A stretch of DNA of 64,000 bases from Eledone cirrhosa (GCA_964016885.1 OZ024747.1:45012001-45076000), one strand, 5' to 3'; shown: positions 13,873 through 27,774, counted from the first letter of the stretch. The notes: generated by a model from the letters alone, not told the origin. Program-made: numbers and translations.

Positions 13873-15959
13873 GGTGTGTGTGTGTATATAGGTGTATATA
13901 TATATACCTATTTATTTATTTATGTTCATATATATTTATATTATAGTTAAAGAGTGACATACTGAATGTTATACATGATAAATTCTCAGGCTATTGAAAT
14001 TTCCTTCCAAATGGGAAATAGAAAACAAGACATTAGTGGCAATTGTAAATTACACTCAAAGATGAGATATAGTTTCAATAAATTAAGAAAAGACTTTCCA
14101 GGTAATTTTACATGATTTATAAAAGGACAATGTGATCATTGTTTACCAGCAATAACAACAATGGACATATCTTGTAGTCTATTTGATCTTGTTAGCAGCA
14201 TACAGTCTGAGCAACTTCAAGTTATTTTCATTAGCTCTCTATATATTGTAATTATGCAAATTATCCTAAGCTAAATGCACACATATGTATGTATGTCCAC
14301 TATGTATACACAATAATATAACCTATGTATAGACATATATTTGTGTGTATTCTGGTCTATAGAATAACTATACCATATCCCTACATGTTGTAAGAGGCAA
14401 CTGAAAAGGTTGGAATTAGGAAGAGCATCCAGCAGTAAAACATTGTCTCAAAACATCCTATCCAACCCATGCCTGCATGGAAAAGTGGATGTAAAATTGA
14501 TGATAATGATGATGTATATATGTCTCTAGTATAAAAGTCCCTTTGTGGGATTGGCTGTTATTGCATTTATTTATGTGTGAGGATAATTTTAGATCAGGGA
14601 AGATTGGTTCATGTTATCTTTTGTCAATAAATAGTCTTAATTACATATTGATACCATGTCGATGGTTTTCCATATCAAGAAGATTCTGGCATATGTGTCT
14701 CATTGTGGGATCAGTTATTTTGCATTTGATTGTATTCGTGGATACATTAGGATTTGGGTAGACTTATGTTCAAGCTTAGTCAAATGACAGTCATAGTTAC
14801 ACTTGTACTTACCAAGACCCTCTCTTTTCCTCCTGCCACCCTTACTTCATTTTATTGCTAAAATCCTTCACTAACAGTTCATATAATCTTTCTTCACCAG
14901 AACTGCCCCATTCTGGAACTCCATTCCTTCCTTGATCTTGTTTATATTTCAGCAAACACTGAATATAACATCAACTTAATTGATCTCTCTCATAGTAGTG
15001 GTGATGATGATGATGAGGATGTGTGTGTGGTGGTGGTGGTGGTGGTGGGTTATTGGTGAGCGTTATATATTTTTGACTTTCTGTCCTATTATCTATCTTA
15101 CTTTAGTGCAGAGCCTGATTTCATACAGTTTCACATGATAGATGTTTCTTCATTTGACAACAAAGGAGCTGTATCACTGTTAGTAGGGCCCTGAAGAATC
15201 CATTTTTTGTTTTATATCATCTCAAAAAAGGTGAGTGATAGGAAGTAGAATTTGAATATTGACTGCAAAAAGCCATAATAAATACTGCAAGGCATTTTGT
15301 CTGATCTGATGTGGTAGAATTTTTATGATTCCCCAGCCTTGAACAAATGCTTCATGCTTTTTTTTTTCTATGAAAAAAAAAAAAAAAATCAAAATCAAAG
15401 TTAATCTCAGCAGGGATTTAAGCTCAAAGTGCAGAGAGCCAAAACAAATACTACAAGACATTCTATCTGCTGCTCTAATGATTCTGCTTATTCACTACTT
15501 CTCATTGACTAATTCATATAAATAAATATAAACAACAACACAATATGAAACCTTGGATCCTTCCAGTCAGCATATTTACCGTCTTACCAACACCATCAGC
15601 TATAGCATCCACATCAACAACTACTACAACCACATACCTTCAGAGAGCCTCTACATAGCCCTTCAACCTGATGAAAATAACAGTCAAATTTCCCTGAAAT
15701 AACAGACTACTGTGTTTCAAAAGAAAGAACACATTAGATTATGTAGTCTTAGAGTGTCTTATAATATGCTGAGATAGTCATGGGTATTACACCTTTCATC
15801 ATAGCTATTTTCAATCAGAGTTAACATTGGACTGAACAACAACAACAGCAACAACATCAAAAAACCTATTACACTACAGTTAATGTGCATGTCATCATGT
15901 TTCACGCAGAAATACATGTCTGGAAAGTGTAGTCTGCTGGAAAATGATATTTTCTTTAT

Positions 15960-16047
<88 letters not shown>

Positions 16048-16501
16048 TAAAGAGAGAGCGAGTGAGAGAAGAAGAGAGATTAAAATATTTATAAACAATC
16101 TTAATTAAAAATTTCACAGGTTATCCAATAAAAGTTACAGAAGCAACTTATATAAATTTATAAACTTTTATGAATTTATAAACTTTTATAAAGTATATTT
16201 TCTTATATTGTTTGAGTCATAATTATTATTATTATTATTATTATTGTTGTTGTTGTTGTTATTATTATTAGTGCCTTCAAGTGATTTTAACATCATTTTT
16301 AGAACACTTTTGAAAATGCTTGCTTCAATTTTTAGATGCATGATTTCATGAATAGACACAAAATGAACAAAAAAAAAAAAGAAAGCAACAAAGCATATAT
16401 ATATAAACAAAAAGAAAAAGAAAACAAAAATATTAAATCAAAATAGAAGAAAGATGACTAAGAAATGAACAACTAAAAAAACTACAACCTAAACTGTGAC
16501 T

Positions 16502-16507
16502 TTATAT

Positions 16508-16539
<32 letters not shown>

Positions 16540-16637
16540 GTATATTTATATCTACATGCATGTGTAATATATATATATATATATATTTGTGCGTATATAT
16601 GCATATATATATTTGTGCGGGTATATACATATATATA

Positions 16638-16674
<37 letters not shown>

Positions 16675-16757
16675 GTGTGTATGTGTATATGTATATATAT
16701 ATATATTTGTGTATGTGTATATATATATATATTATATATATACACACACACAAATAT

Positions 16758-16816
<59 letters not shown>

Positions 16817-16858
16817 TGTATATATATGTATGTATATTTATATCTACATGCATGTGTA

Positions 16859-16897
<39 letters not shown>

Positions 16898-16925
16898 TAT
16901 GTATGTATATATATATACATGTGTG
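16502..16925. repeat. compound TA/CA/TG microsatellite with internal duplication
   Basis: TGTATATTTATATCTACATGCATGTGTAATAT occurs at about 16538 and 16831. Confidence 0.9.
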
Positions 16926-17238
16926 TCTGTTTGTAAAAAAATTCCCAAACAAAAACAAAATAACAAAAAAAGTGCCTGCTTGGCAAATCAGCAATGCAGA
17001 GCAATGAATGTGAAATGAAGATGATAGACTGAAGAAAATAAATTGATCAAAGCTATATAGACCTAGCAAATGTTGTTAATCAATCATTATAAGATTATTT
17101 TCAGGTTTTCAAAAAGTAAACATCAAAACAACCCAAGGTTATATATACTCTTATACATATACTTATATATACACACATATACACATATTTATACACATAT
17201 ATTTACTTATATATATACCTATATATATATATACACTG

Positions 17239-17271
<33 letters not shown>

Positions 17272-17801
17272 CTTATATATACACACACCTATACACACAC
17301 ATATATTTAAACATATATACTTATGTATACACTTATATATATACTTATATGTATATACTTGTATATACACTTATATATATATATACTTATATATATATCC
17401 TTATATATATATATATATATACTCTAAGAAAGAATTCCATTTCAATTTTAACACATCAAAAATAAATATATAAATAAATAAATAAATTGAAAATAAGAGA
17501 AAAAAATAAAAAAATATCCTGTGAAGTGAAATGGAAATAAAAATAGTGTTTACCAAAAAGGTATTATGACTGTGTGTGCTCTTTATTCGGAAGAATTTCT
17601 TTTCTTTTCTTTTTCTATTTCTCTCACTTAGACTGTACTTCACCTTGAAATTATCTGAGTTGTTCTGTATTTGAACCAAACACGTCTTTCTTCTCTTTTC
17701 ACTTTCATATCCTCCCCTGCCTTTCTCTCTCTATATATAGATATACGGTATACTATATAATATATATATAATATAATATAAAAAATATATATATATATAT
17801 A

Positions 17802-18148
17802 TCATAATCATCATTGATTAATGTCCATCTTCCATGCCAACATGGATTGGACGGTTTTGTCCCCTTTGAGGCAAGATTGATCGGAAGACCGTGTCTCGCT
17901 CATACAGAACCGTTTCTAGCAGGTTTTCTATGGCTGGATGCCCTTCCTAACACCAACCACATTTACAGTGTGGACTGGGAGTCTTTTCACCATATCTCCT
18001 ACACGACCACTTTACAGTGTGGATGGGTGCTTTTTGTCACCTACATGACCACTTTACAGTGGACGGAAGTGGAGGGATCGAGTAGGGAGTGTGGGATGGA
18101 GTGTATATTGGGTTAAGAGGTGTCTGCTGACTGTAGGTTTAAGTTTGT
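17802..18148 (-). mobile_element. RTE LINE 3' UTR fragment
   Basis: Matches the 3' UTR of the 31600 and 60989 copies (GGCTGGATGCCCTTCCTAACACCAACCAC, TTTACAGTGTGG repeats) with a (CAT)n tail. Confidence 0.8.
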
Positions 18149-18163
18149 ATATATATATATATA

Positions 18164-19180
18164 TCTGTATATATATAAAATTAAGTATGTGTGTGTGTGT
18201 CTGTGTGTCTGTGTATTACCTATAGGGGCCTACATCTTACGACCGATTTTCATGAAACTTTACAGGCTCATAGATTAGTTATCGGGGAGTGTTTACTATA
18301 TATCAGCGTATCGTTTTTTTTTTATTCCGGGGTCATTCTGCAGATAAAAATCGATAGGGGGGGTCACCTTATTTTAGGTATCGAAAAATAAGATTTTTGG
18401 CTCTAGCTCCCACATTTTGCCACCGATTTCATTCAAACTTTAAAGCAAAATAGAATTTATCATTGCACATCCTGTAATGGCTTTATATTTTGCATTTGTT
18501 GTTCAGGGACGGCGTGGCAGCCGCTTAAATATTCAAAAGTACCACTTTTAGACTCAAATTTCCCACATTAATCTAGCTCCCACATTAATCAACCTACTTT
18601 GTTCAAATTTTACACTACGCTAGATCTGATTATTTTACGTCTTAAAGTGGCTTTACATTTTGGATTTTTTGTTCAGGAACGGCGTGGCAGCCGCTTAAAT
18701 ATTCAAAAATACCACCTTTTCGCTCAAATTTCCCCCTTTTCGGCTCTAGCTCTCACACTTTTCAACTGCTTTCGTTCAAATTTGAAACTTCGGGTCCACC
18801 TCACACATAAATCAATTTATTTTGTTCAACCTTTATACTACGATAGAACCTATCATTGCACATCTTATAGATGGTCAAAGGCAAAACGATGGCCACTGAC
18901 GTCGTTTGAGCTTTTAGTTGTGTATTTGAGAATTCATCGGTTTCCAATCAAGTAGCGTGAGGAAATTTGGCTTAGTGTTAGAGGTCATTACCTCCCTCCC
19001 CCAGCATGCCCCTTCGTCAGTCACCCGCGTTTCTCAGTGATAGAGGTCATCACACCCTCCCCCGCATCGCCTGTGCGTGGCCATAGATGAGTCATCGAGA
19101 AGCAGTCGCTAAGATCAACACCTTTTCATCAAAGCAGATATTATTTTACCTACCCAGGCAACGCTGGGTACTGCTGCTAG
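18164..19180 (+). mobile_element. non-autonomous Helitron (about 1 kb)
   Basis: A|TCTGTATATATATAAAA start; 3' hairpin TACCCAG-GCAACG-CTGGGTA followed by CTAG|T; internal duplicated blocks (GTTCAGG.ACGGCGTGGCAGCCGCTTAAATATTCAAAA x2). Confidence 0.85.
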
Positions 19181-19317
19181 TATATACCGTATATATATAT
19201 ATATAGAGAGAGAGAGATAGATAGATAGGTGATAGCAGGAAAACTGGACATTAAACGATGTTGAGAATATATAAATCTTTACATCATTGATTTTATATCT
19301 GTTTTCTAGGACATAAG

Positions 19318-19860
19318 TAGCCTTGATGCAGCTGGCAAACGCCCCAATGGAATTACTATCTTCCCTTTCAAAGGGGGTAAATCTCTCATCTGGGATGCTG
19401 TGACACCTTCTCCATCATCAACTTAGTCATCTCGGCCACAAACCTTGGTACCATGGCTCGCAATGCAGAGGACAGAAAGACAAGCATATACCAGAGCTTG
19501 TTTGGCCACTTCTTCTTTGCACTAGTTGCTGTCGAGACCTCAAGTGTTCTCAGACCTTGGACAGCTGACCACTTTTGTAAAATTGGATCGATAGCAGCTC
19601 ATCTGAGGAAGGAGCCTCGCGAGGTGGTGTAGCTGTTGCATTTTGCCCCACAGAGCACAGCTGAAACACCGCTCTGACCAAGGTGTAGAGTCTATCGCCT
19701 TCTCCTCTTCCACCTTTCTTTCTTCCTTTATCTAGTAGTTCTTACTCTTCCTCTCCTTTTCCTCTCATTTATGGCATTTATAGTGCTTTCCAATATTGCT
19801 CTCATTTTCTGTATGTTTATATAACTCTACTACAAAATAAAACTATATATTTAAAAAATA
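19318..19860 (+). pseudogene. CRE-like non-LTR retrotransposon 3' fragment (restriction-like endonuclease domain)
   Basis: Translates with a frameshift as LDAAGKRPNGITIFPFKGGKSLIWDA/DTF...AEDRKTSIYQSL...ALVAVETSSVL, matching the RPDG...WD...K..KY...P.AVET RLE signature; pyrimidine-rich 3' UTR and AATAAA follow. Confidence 0.75.
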
Positions 19861-20041
19861 AAACAACCAGTCATTATATTGGCTCAGTGTTTTGTTGCAC
19901 AGTTGCCTGGCCAAACATCCTTATTAAAGTCAACTCTCCCAGCACTTAAGCATACAGCACACTATTTCTAAATACTGGGTATTGGAAAAGTCACATTAAC
20001 TGTATATCATTCTAAGGCATTGAACATCATTATATTATCAT

Positions 20042-20197
20042 TTGGCAGTATCGGTAGAGAGTCGGATGCCATGCTTTGATGCATAGTTACAGCCCTTGCC
20101 ATTTTGAGTTCAAATCCCGTCGAGGTTAACTTTGCCTTTCATCCTTACGGGTTGTACTGGTAATTGCTGGCCCTCTGCCAAAAGTAGAAACAATTAT
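20042..20197 (+). mobile_element. SINE family A copy, internally deleted
   Basis: TTGGCAGTATCGGTAGAG...GAGTTCAAATCCC...GTAGAAACAATTAT. Confidence 0.85.
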
Positions 20198-20784
20198 ATT
20201 ATCATAAACAAACTTTATAAAATGTACAGTATGCATTTTATTGGGCCACTGGCACTGATGAATTTGTACCATATGAGGGGGATTAAAGGCTCCCTCCAGC
20301 CTATATTGGTTCTTATTTGGAGTTACTGCTCTTCTAGATAAGTAACCTGTGGTGGAAGTTACACACACACACACATGTACACATAAAATAAAGATATGTT
20401 GGCGAAAACGGAAGTAGCCACCGTCAAATAGAAATTACCTTATAAAAAATGTTTGTAAAGAAAAAGTGCTGTTTATTTAAAACAATCAACATTTACAGAT
20501 TGTTGAAACTGTTTTGTCAAAACTCTTCAGAATTACAAGTTATAATCCAGTAAAGATGAAATTTAATTGAATTCCGTTAACCAATGTAAAGTCAAAAGAA
20601 AATATTGCAATGCTAATGGACATGCACACAAGAAAGACAAATCAATGCAGAGTATCTGTTGATTGATTTAAAACTGCTAATACTAGTGAAGATAAAACTA
20701 TTGGTTAGTAGACAAATCAAGAACATTAAATATGTTAAACAGTAGATAAATACATGGATCTGAAGATGGGAAATACAGTCCTGT

Positions 20785-21192
20785 TTGAACAAGGTGTGAC
20801 CTGGCAAACTGGCCAGACTTGCCTCACAACGTGCCACACAGTTCCACAATGTAAACATGGTTGGCGATGAGAAGGGCATCTAGCAGCCATAAAAAACCCG
20901 TCCCAAACACAGCCCTACTATGAATAAGGTATGGCGCAGCCAACTCACCAGACCTCCCTCATAATGGGATCACCCAGATCCTAAAATACAGTAAAAGGCA
21001 CAATATGTTTAAGGGACAGTGTGGCCATCTGGCCAGACCTGGCTCATAGCAAGACCACCAAGTAACATGGTTCGACTATGAGTACGACTTGGTGCAGCCA
21101 ACTAGCTAAACGTGTCTCATGACATGGTGGTCAACCCATCTAACAAATGCAAGCATGCAAAAATAGACGTTAAATGGTGATGATGATGATGA

Positions 21193-21195
<3 letters not shown>
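20785..21195 (+). mobile_element. older RTE-related 3' UTR / SINE tail
   Basis: GAAGGGCATCTAGC, GCAAGCATGCAAAAATAGACGTTAAATG(ATG)n end shared with RTE tails. Confidence 0.6.
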
Positions 21196-21253
<58 letters not shown>

Positions 21254-21254
<1 letters not shown>

Positions 21255-21410
21255 ATAATTGTTTCTACAATAGGCACAAGGCCAGCAATTATCCCAGTGT
21301 ATTACTGGTACTTTATTTTATCGACCTCCGTTAGGATGAAAGGCAAAGTTAACCTCGACGGGATTTGAACTCAGAATGGCAAGGGCCATAACTCTATGCG
21401 TCAAAGCATA
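21254..21410 (-). mobile_element. SINE family A copy, 5'-truncated
   Basis: Tail and central domain present, head missing; embedded in (TA)n. Confidence 0.85.
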
Positions 21411-21420
21411 TATATATATA

Positions 21421-21520
21421 TAGTAATAATAATAAATTTGAAGACTAAAATCCAAAGAGGGCTCGATAAGGATAAATAATATCAAATATATAAGAACCGT
21501 AGAGCGAATATTTATAAATA
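21421..21520. repeat. short interspersed repeat in (TA)n, second copy at 62605-62703
   Basis: GAAGACTAAAATCC..AGAGGGCTCGATAAGGATAAATA is the reverse complement of TATTTATCCTTATCGAGCCCTCTTAGGATTTAGTCTTC; possibly a Penelope-type terminus. Confidence 0.65.
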
Positions 21521-21609
21521 TATATATATATGTATATTTATATATATGTATATATTATATTATATATATATGAATTTGCATGCATCTGTGTGCATGTGTG
21601 TCTGTGATA

Positions 21610-21648
<39 letters not shown>

Positions 21649-21756
21649 ACTTTTTGTTTACAAATATGCTTGTCTAGGCAGACATAAAAAAAAATATATA
21701 TGCATATATATATATACACATATGCAGACATATATATATATATACACACATATGAA

Positions 21757-21810
<54 letters not shown>

Positions 21811-22613
21811 TATACATATATATACACATACATCATATATATATATGTATATATATGGAGGGGAGAATTAAGTATGCATGCGTGTGTATATAAAAGTTAA
21901 CACATATCTACAAGCTTACATATTGAAACTATAAAATGTGAAATGTCATTGACAGATTCAGTGAGGTGGGGAGCAGAATAATATCCTATGCCTCTATCCC
22001 ACCCTTATCACTTGAAATGTTAATGGGAGCTGATTGACATAAAATAACCTTTATCATTCTTTGGGACATTTGGAAATTTATTATCAATTTCTATTGTCTT
22101 TCGCCTATCGGGGATCTCTGGAGATTCTGTACATCAATTGCCACCAAATCTACAGGTCACACATAAAATATACACCACTAGGAAGAGAGCCAGATGAATA
22201 AATAAAAAGTATAAACACATCTCTACTTTAAAACTTAATAAGCCATTTTGCCACCAAAGGAATACTTTTGGGGTCATGTATGAGTATATAAATGTATATA
22301 CGTATATGTGTGTGCATATAAATATATATATGTATACACACACATGCTTCCATACACTCATATGCTTCCACACACACACAGATATGTGTATATATATATA
22401 TATATATACATATTTCTTTGGTATGTTTTGATGATGTGGCAAGCTGCCAAGAAAATTATTGAGATGGCGGACATGTTAGGGAAGAGAAATAAACATATAA
22501 ATAATGGAATAAATGAGTAAATAAAGGAATTGCTACAAACACAAATTTGATGAAGCAAAAGTTATTTTACTTATACTTTATACTTATATTTTACTTATAC
22601 TTTTACTTATCTT

Positions 22614-22867
22614 TTAACTCTTTCATTACTGTTTCTAATGAATAATGCTCCCAATGATTTTCAAAAATTTCGAAATTAAAAATTTCAGAAGAGATTTATT
22701 AATATATCTAAGGTTTTCATAATGAAGCAGGTGTTTGGAATATAGCTTCTGAAAGGTTCCTACATAAAAGTATGATAGAATGGTTTTAGATAGATATAAA
22801 CACTTGAAAACAAACTGTTTTGTAGAACAAGATATTGTGTTAGATGTTCTGGTATAGAAAGAGTTAA
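22614..22867. mobile_element. piggyBac-like MITE family 2, diverged
   Basis: TTAACTCTTTC ... GAAAGAGTTAA termini. Confidence 0.6.
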
Positions 22868-23164
22868 CATAGTGTTTGTAATGTAACTATATATTGGTAT
22901 ATTAAGCTAGGGATTGGTTAATAACATAAGATTATGATGGAAGGAATTTAGATGAATTTAGATAAATATAGACACTTGAAAAAAGAGATATAGAGGAAGA
23001 ATCAACCCCAGCACTAGACTGGTACTTTTTTTATCGACCTCAAATGGAAGAATGGCAAAGTAAACCCCAGCAGGATTTGAACTCAGAGAGCAGAGAGCTG
23101 GAATGAATACCATGAAGCATTCTATCCGATGCTCTAATGACTCAGCAAATTTGCTGCCTTTCTG

Positions 23165-23547
23165 TTACATAGGTAACCTAATCAACAGTGGAGGAATTTG
23201 CTCTGAATGTATAGCAGCTAGAATGAGGACAGTTTAGAAAACGTCCAAGGAGTTACTGCCTCTGTTCACAATAAAGTGTGCAACAGAGAGGACTGCACTG
23301 GTATGGACATGTGATACATATAGATGATGATTGCTGGGTGAAGAAGTGCCAGGAGATGCCAGTGGAAGGAAGCTGCAATAGAGATAGACCAATGAATACC
23401 TGATGAGAGATAATCTCAAAATGTTAAAGCTCACAGGGGAGATGACAAAGGAATGCAATAAGTGGAGGCAGGTTGTGTTGGAGAGAACCTGCCTTACTCA
23501 TGCAAGCATAGAAAAATGAATGCAAAAATGATGATGATGATGATGAT
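23165..23547 (+). pseudogene. decayed RTE LINE 3' fragment
   Basis: YIGNLINSGGICSECIAARMRTV*KTSKELLPL matches YLGDRISSGGGCSESTITRVRTGWKKFRELLPL of the 63028 copy; (GAT)n tail. Confidence 0.75.
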
Positions 23548-24779
23548 TATAATTATTTTTCCCTAGAAAGATTTCAACACAACTTTCTGAATTCCACTAT
23601 AGTCACTCGTTCTTATAAACATTACTCCTGTAATTACGTGTATGGTATTTACTGCTCATGTTAACTCAACATTCCACTCTCTCAATATACAACGATCTTC
23701 CTTAAGATATATCTTATACCTTCCACTATCTCCACCATTACCACTGCCATCACCACCTCTTCCTCCTCCACCATTCTAAGTACACCATGCAGGCCAGCAA
23801 CCCCATCAAACCTATAGACTCATACCCTTACCTCCTCTTCTCTAGCTTGCACACAGAGCTGCAATTATTTGATCTTCCTGAAACAACACACCCATATTAC
23901 ATGAAGAATAATGAACAATCATTGATGATAAGTTAATAGGATGACAGATCCTATCATTTACATTTAAAACATGATAAATTCTGACAAAGTAGTGTCACAA
24001 GTTGATCAAAGAAAATTTTTTATAATAATCTTTAAGTTTATTACAACTTAATATAATGATAATATAGACTAAGAACATTCTCCTATAGCACTAAAACTGT
24101 TACTGACTGAGTTAATTACATGAAGAAAAAATATAATAAGCAATAAAATAAATAAAACAATATCATCTAGGTATTAACAATCGATTTTTTTTTTTTTCCT
24201 TTACAATAAGAAGGTAAATTGATAATATGTGTCTCTAGTTGATAAATATTGTTTTTCCAATTAATATTGTCTGGATAATTAAAGTGAAATGTTTAAGTCA
24301 TTATAGATTTGATTTTCATTTATTTAATCATTTTATTTATTTATCTGTTTTCTCTTCAACGCCCTCTCCATACTCTGATTACTCTCCTCCCCCTCTCTCT
24401 CACACTCTTTGACATGGTCTGATGTGCCATACTTCTCCACCTTCCATAATTTTGGTTTGTTTGTTTTTTTTTTCAACCCTGATTTATTCCTCTGTGACTT
24501 GACCACATTTTGAACTTGGTTCAAATCAATGGGTTGTAATATGAGCTCTTAAATTGATAATTAATAATTTCACTTTAGCAAAATAACCAAACACCTTCCC
24601 AATATGTTGTTTATTATAATTCAATTTGATTCAATCTTTTAATTTGTTCTGTCTCAGAAAAAGAACATAAATTAGTTCTTCTGTTTCCAATTACACCAAC
24701 TTCCACAGTGAACCATTTCAACAACAGTAGCTTTTCCTTCCTTTACTTTTCTCTCTATCACACCAAAAACAAGACCAAA

Positions 24780-25090
24780 AAACACCAACAACAACAATGA
24801 CAATACCAACAACAACTATGATATCAATAACAACATCACCAGCAGCAAAGCTATCAGCAACAACAACCTACATCAGCTACAAAACAACAACAACAGCAAC
24901 AAGAACAACATCAATAGCAACAACACCAACAACAACTATAACAACACTGACAACAACAACAAGAACAACAACATTGACAATAACTTAAACAACAGCAACT
25001 ACAACGATAGCAATGATAACAACAACATCATCACTAACGACATCAGCAGCAACAGCAACAACAGCAGCAACAACTATTACAACAACAATG
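24780..25090. repeat. degenerate (ACA/GCA)n trinucleotide tract
   Basis: Direct reading; similar (TTG)n tract at 36460-36660. Confidence 0.85.
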
Positions 25091-25469
25091 TTTAAAATAT
25101 AAATATCTGAAATATAATGAAATAAAAAAACATTAGTAAAAACAAATACAAAACAACAAACAAACAATCCGACAAAACCAACAAAATATTGATAACATTT
25201 TTTTTTATTCATAAACTTGAAAATTTATTTTATTCAAGTATATTTAATTAATTTTTCTCCTCAATATTAAGAAATTATATTTAAATCGATCTAGCTTCAT
25301 AATGATCTGTTTCACAATTTATTGAACCTACTTATTTAAAAAATATATATTTTTGTTCATTTTTATTTCTGCCAGTATGACCCATCAAAGAGTTGCTCTG
25401 AAGAATTGGTCAACCAGTAAGCAACATTCTCTTTACCATATATGGCAGCATGAATAAAGAGTCAGTCAT

Positions 25470-25600
25470 ATGATAGTGGTTAGTTTGTTGGAATTATGAT
25501 TGTAACGTCATGAGTTTGATTCTTGGACAAGGTGGTGTGTTGTGTTCTTGTGCAAAACACTTCATTTCACGTTACTCCAGTCCAATTAACTGAAAATTTC
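25470..25600 (+). mobile_element. old SINE family B head (tRNA-like + CORE-like)
   Basis: TAGTGGTTAG...GAGTTTGATTC...GTGTTCTTGTGCAAAACACTTCATTTCAC..CTCCAGT similar to the 44159 family. Confidence 0.6.
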
Positions 25601-26222
25601 TACCAGCAGTAGCTGGGAGTTAACACTAGCATCCTATATAAGGGAAATCTTGTACTATCAGTCACTTAACACTGCTGAAACCAGAATAAACATTAGCCTG
25701 ATAATGCTCCATGCTTGAGACAACCTTTAACTCTGTACAGATTGCTATCTTGTAATCTCAACTACTTAAGCTCAATGACACTGGAATATTGACTTAGATT
25801 ATGATAGCCCATCCTCACCATGCTAGAATTGAAAGTGAATATAACATGATGATCTCTCTCTCTCTCTCTCTGGGACACCAGGCACATCACACAATTACAG
25901 ACCCACTTATTTCAAGGTCACACACATAATCTTCCATGGTGGGATGTTTGCTCCTGCACCCTTTACCAAGTACCATATAGCCTGTAATACTCTCCTTTAC
26001 ATACCTCCCCCTTCCAACAATGGCTTCCCAGCCAGGCTAAGGAAACTGAGCAATCTAGTTTTGATAATGCCTGTGTTGTAAAGTGATTGTTATTAGGGGG
26101 GGCATCCAGCCATAGAAACGAAACCAAGAATGGAGTATATGAGCAGTATAGAGTCACCTGACCATATAGCCACAGAATGCAAGCATAATAAATAGACATT
26201 GAATAATAGTGATTATATATAT

Positions 26223-26607
26223 ATAATAATTGTTTCTACATTTGGCACAAGGCCAGCAATTACCCAGTCAATTACTGGTACTTTATTTTATCGACCCCGT
26301 AAGGATGAAAGACGGGATTTGAACTCAGACCATAAAGGGACATAACTATGCTGGAAAGCATGGCGTCCGACCCTCTACCGATACTGCCAATCCACCGCCC
26401 TTATATAATAATAATAATAATTGTTTCTACTTTAGGCACAAGGCCAGCAATTACCCAGTGCATTACTGGTACTTTATTTTATCGACCTCATAAGGATGAA
26501 AGGCAAAGTCAACCTCGGCGGGATTTGAACTCAGATCGTAAAGGGACGTAACTATGCTGGAAAGCATGGCGTCCGACCCCCTACCGATACTGCCAATCCA
26601 CCGCCCT
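26223..26607 (-). mobile_element. two tandem SINE family A copies
   Basis: 26223-26400 (small internal deletion) and 26408-26607, separated and followed by (AAT)n. Confidence 0.9.
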
Positions 26608-26663
<56 letters not shown>

Positions 26664-26664
26664 C

Positions 26665-27141
26665 AAGAAAGACGGTTTCATTTGTACATCCCTATTTATT
26701 TTGTTATACGTATTTCAAAGACGAAAGGTAATTGTATAACAACCGACCTATGTGTTTTCTCCAGACAAAAATCCAAATGAGATGTAAATATCGATTCATA
26801 TGTTACTGGTCATATGTGTTATTCCCTTCGCCAACCAGTAAACATATGTCCGAAATTCTCAAGTAACAGTTCTTATATGCGTGGGAGATAGATATTCCAA
26901 TTGGTGTTGCTTCTCGTGAACTAGTCACATATAGAACGACTACTTGAGAATTTCGGACATGTGTTTACTGGTCGGCGAAGGGAATAACACGTATGACCGG
27001 TAACATATCAATTGATATTTACATCTCATTTGGATTTTTGTCTGAAGAAAACACATAGAGTAGCTGTTATACAACTGCCATACATCTTTGAAATACGTAT
27101 AACAAAATAAATAGGGATGTACAAATGAAACCGTCTTTCTT
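26665..27141. repeat. long fold-back element (about 215-bp arms, about 48-nt loop)
   Basis: AAGAAAGACGGTTTCATTTGTACATCCCTATTTATTTTGTTATACGTATTTCAAAGA... pairs with ...TCTTTGAAATACGTATAACAAAATAAATAGGGATGTACAAATGAAACCGTCTTTCTT. Confidence 0.9.
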
Positions 27142-27146
27142 TTTTA

Positions 27147-27462
27147 TGCCGAGGTTAACTTTGCCTTTCATCCTTACGGGGTCGATAAAATAAAGTACCA
27201 GTAATGTACTGGGTAATTGCTGGCCTTGTGCCAAAAGTAGAAACAATTATTATAATAATACTTATTATAAGGGCGGTGGATTGGCAGTATAGGTAGAGGG
27301 TCGGACGCCATGCTTTCCAGTATAGTTATGTCCCTTTACGGTCTGAGTTCAAATCCCGTCGCGGTTAACTTTGCCTTTCATCCTTACGGGGTCGATAAAA
27401 TAAAATACCAGTAATGCACTGGGTTTTGCTGGCCTTGTGCCAAATGTAGAAACAATTATTAT
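27147..27462 (+). mobile_element. two tandem SINE family A copies (first 5'-truncated)
   Basis: 27147-27252 central domain plus tail; 27270-27462 full length. Confidence 0.9.
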
Positions 27463-27774
27463 AATAACACTCCGGATAAACAAAACGTGGAGTGCTTTAC
27501 ATGCGTCAAGGAAAAGTCAGCAGATTTTTCAATCAACCAACTTTCTTAATTTGAATATATATATATATATATAAGTATATTTAATATCATTATATATATG
27601 TATGTCTAACCCATGGCTAACGTGGAAAGTGGACGTTAAACGAGGATGATGATGATATATATATATATATCACTTGCAAGACTATTAGCTCATTGAATGA
27701 GTGAGTGGTGCTGGTTGGGGCTTGCCGAAGTAAATTCGGTGACCTTCATAAACTAATGTGTATATATGTATGCG

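Noticed and set aside
13456-13950. 164-aa ORF with a GC-richer middle
   Set aside because: Begins in a decayed SINE and ends in (TA)n; the middle gave no recognisable protein motif in the frames I read
24797-24988. Thr-rich mucin-like ORF (and Asn-rich ORF 36419-36709)
   Set aside because: Degenerate trinucleotide tracts with no splice or domain support
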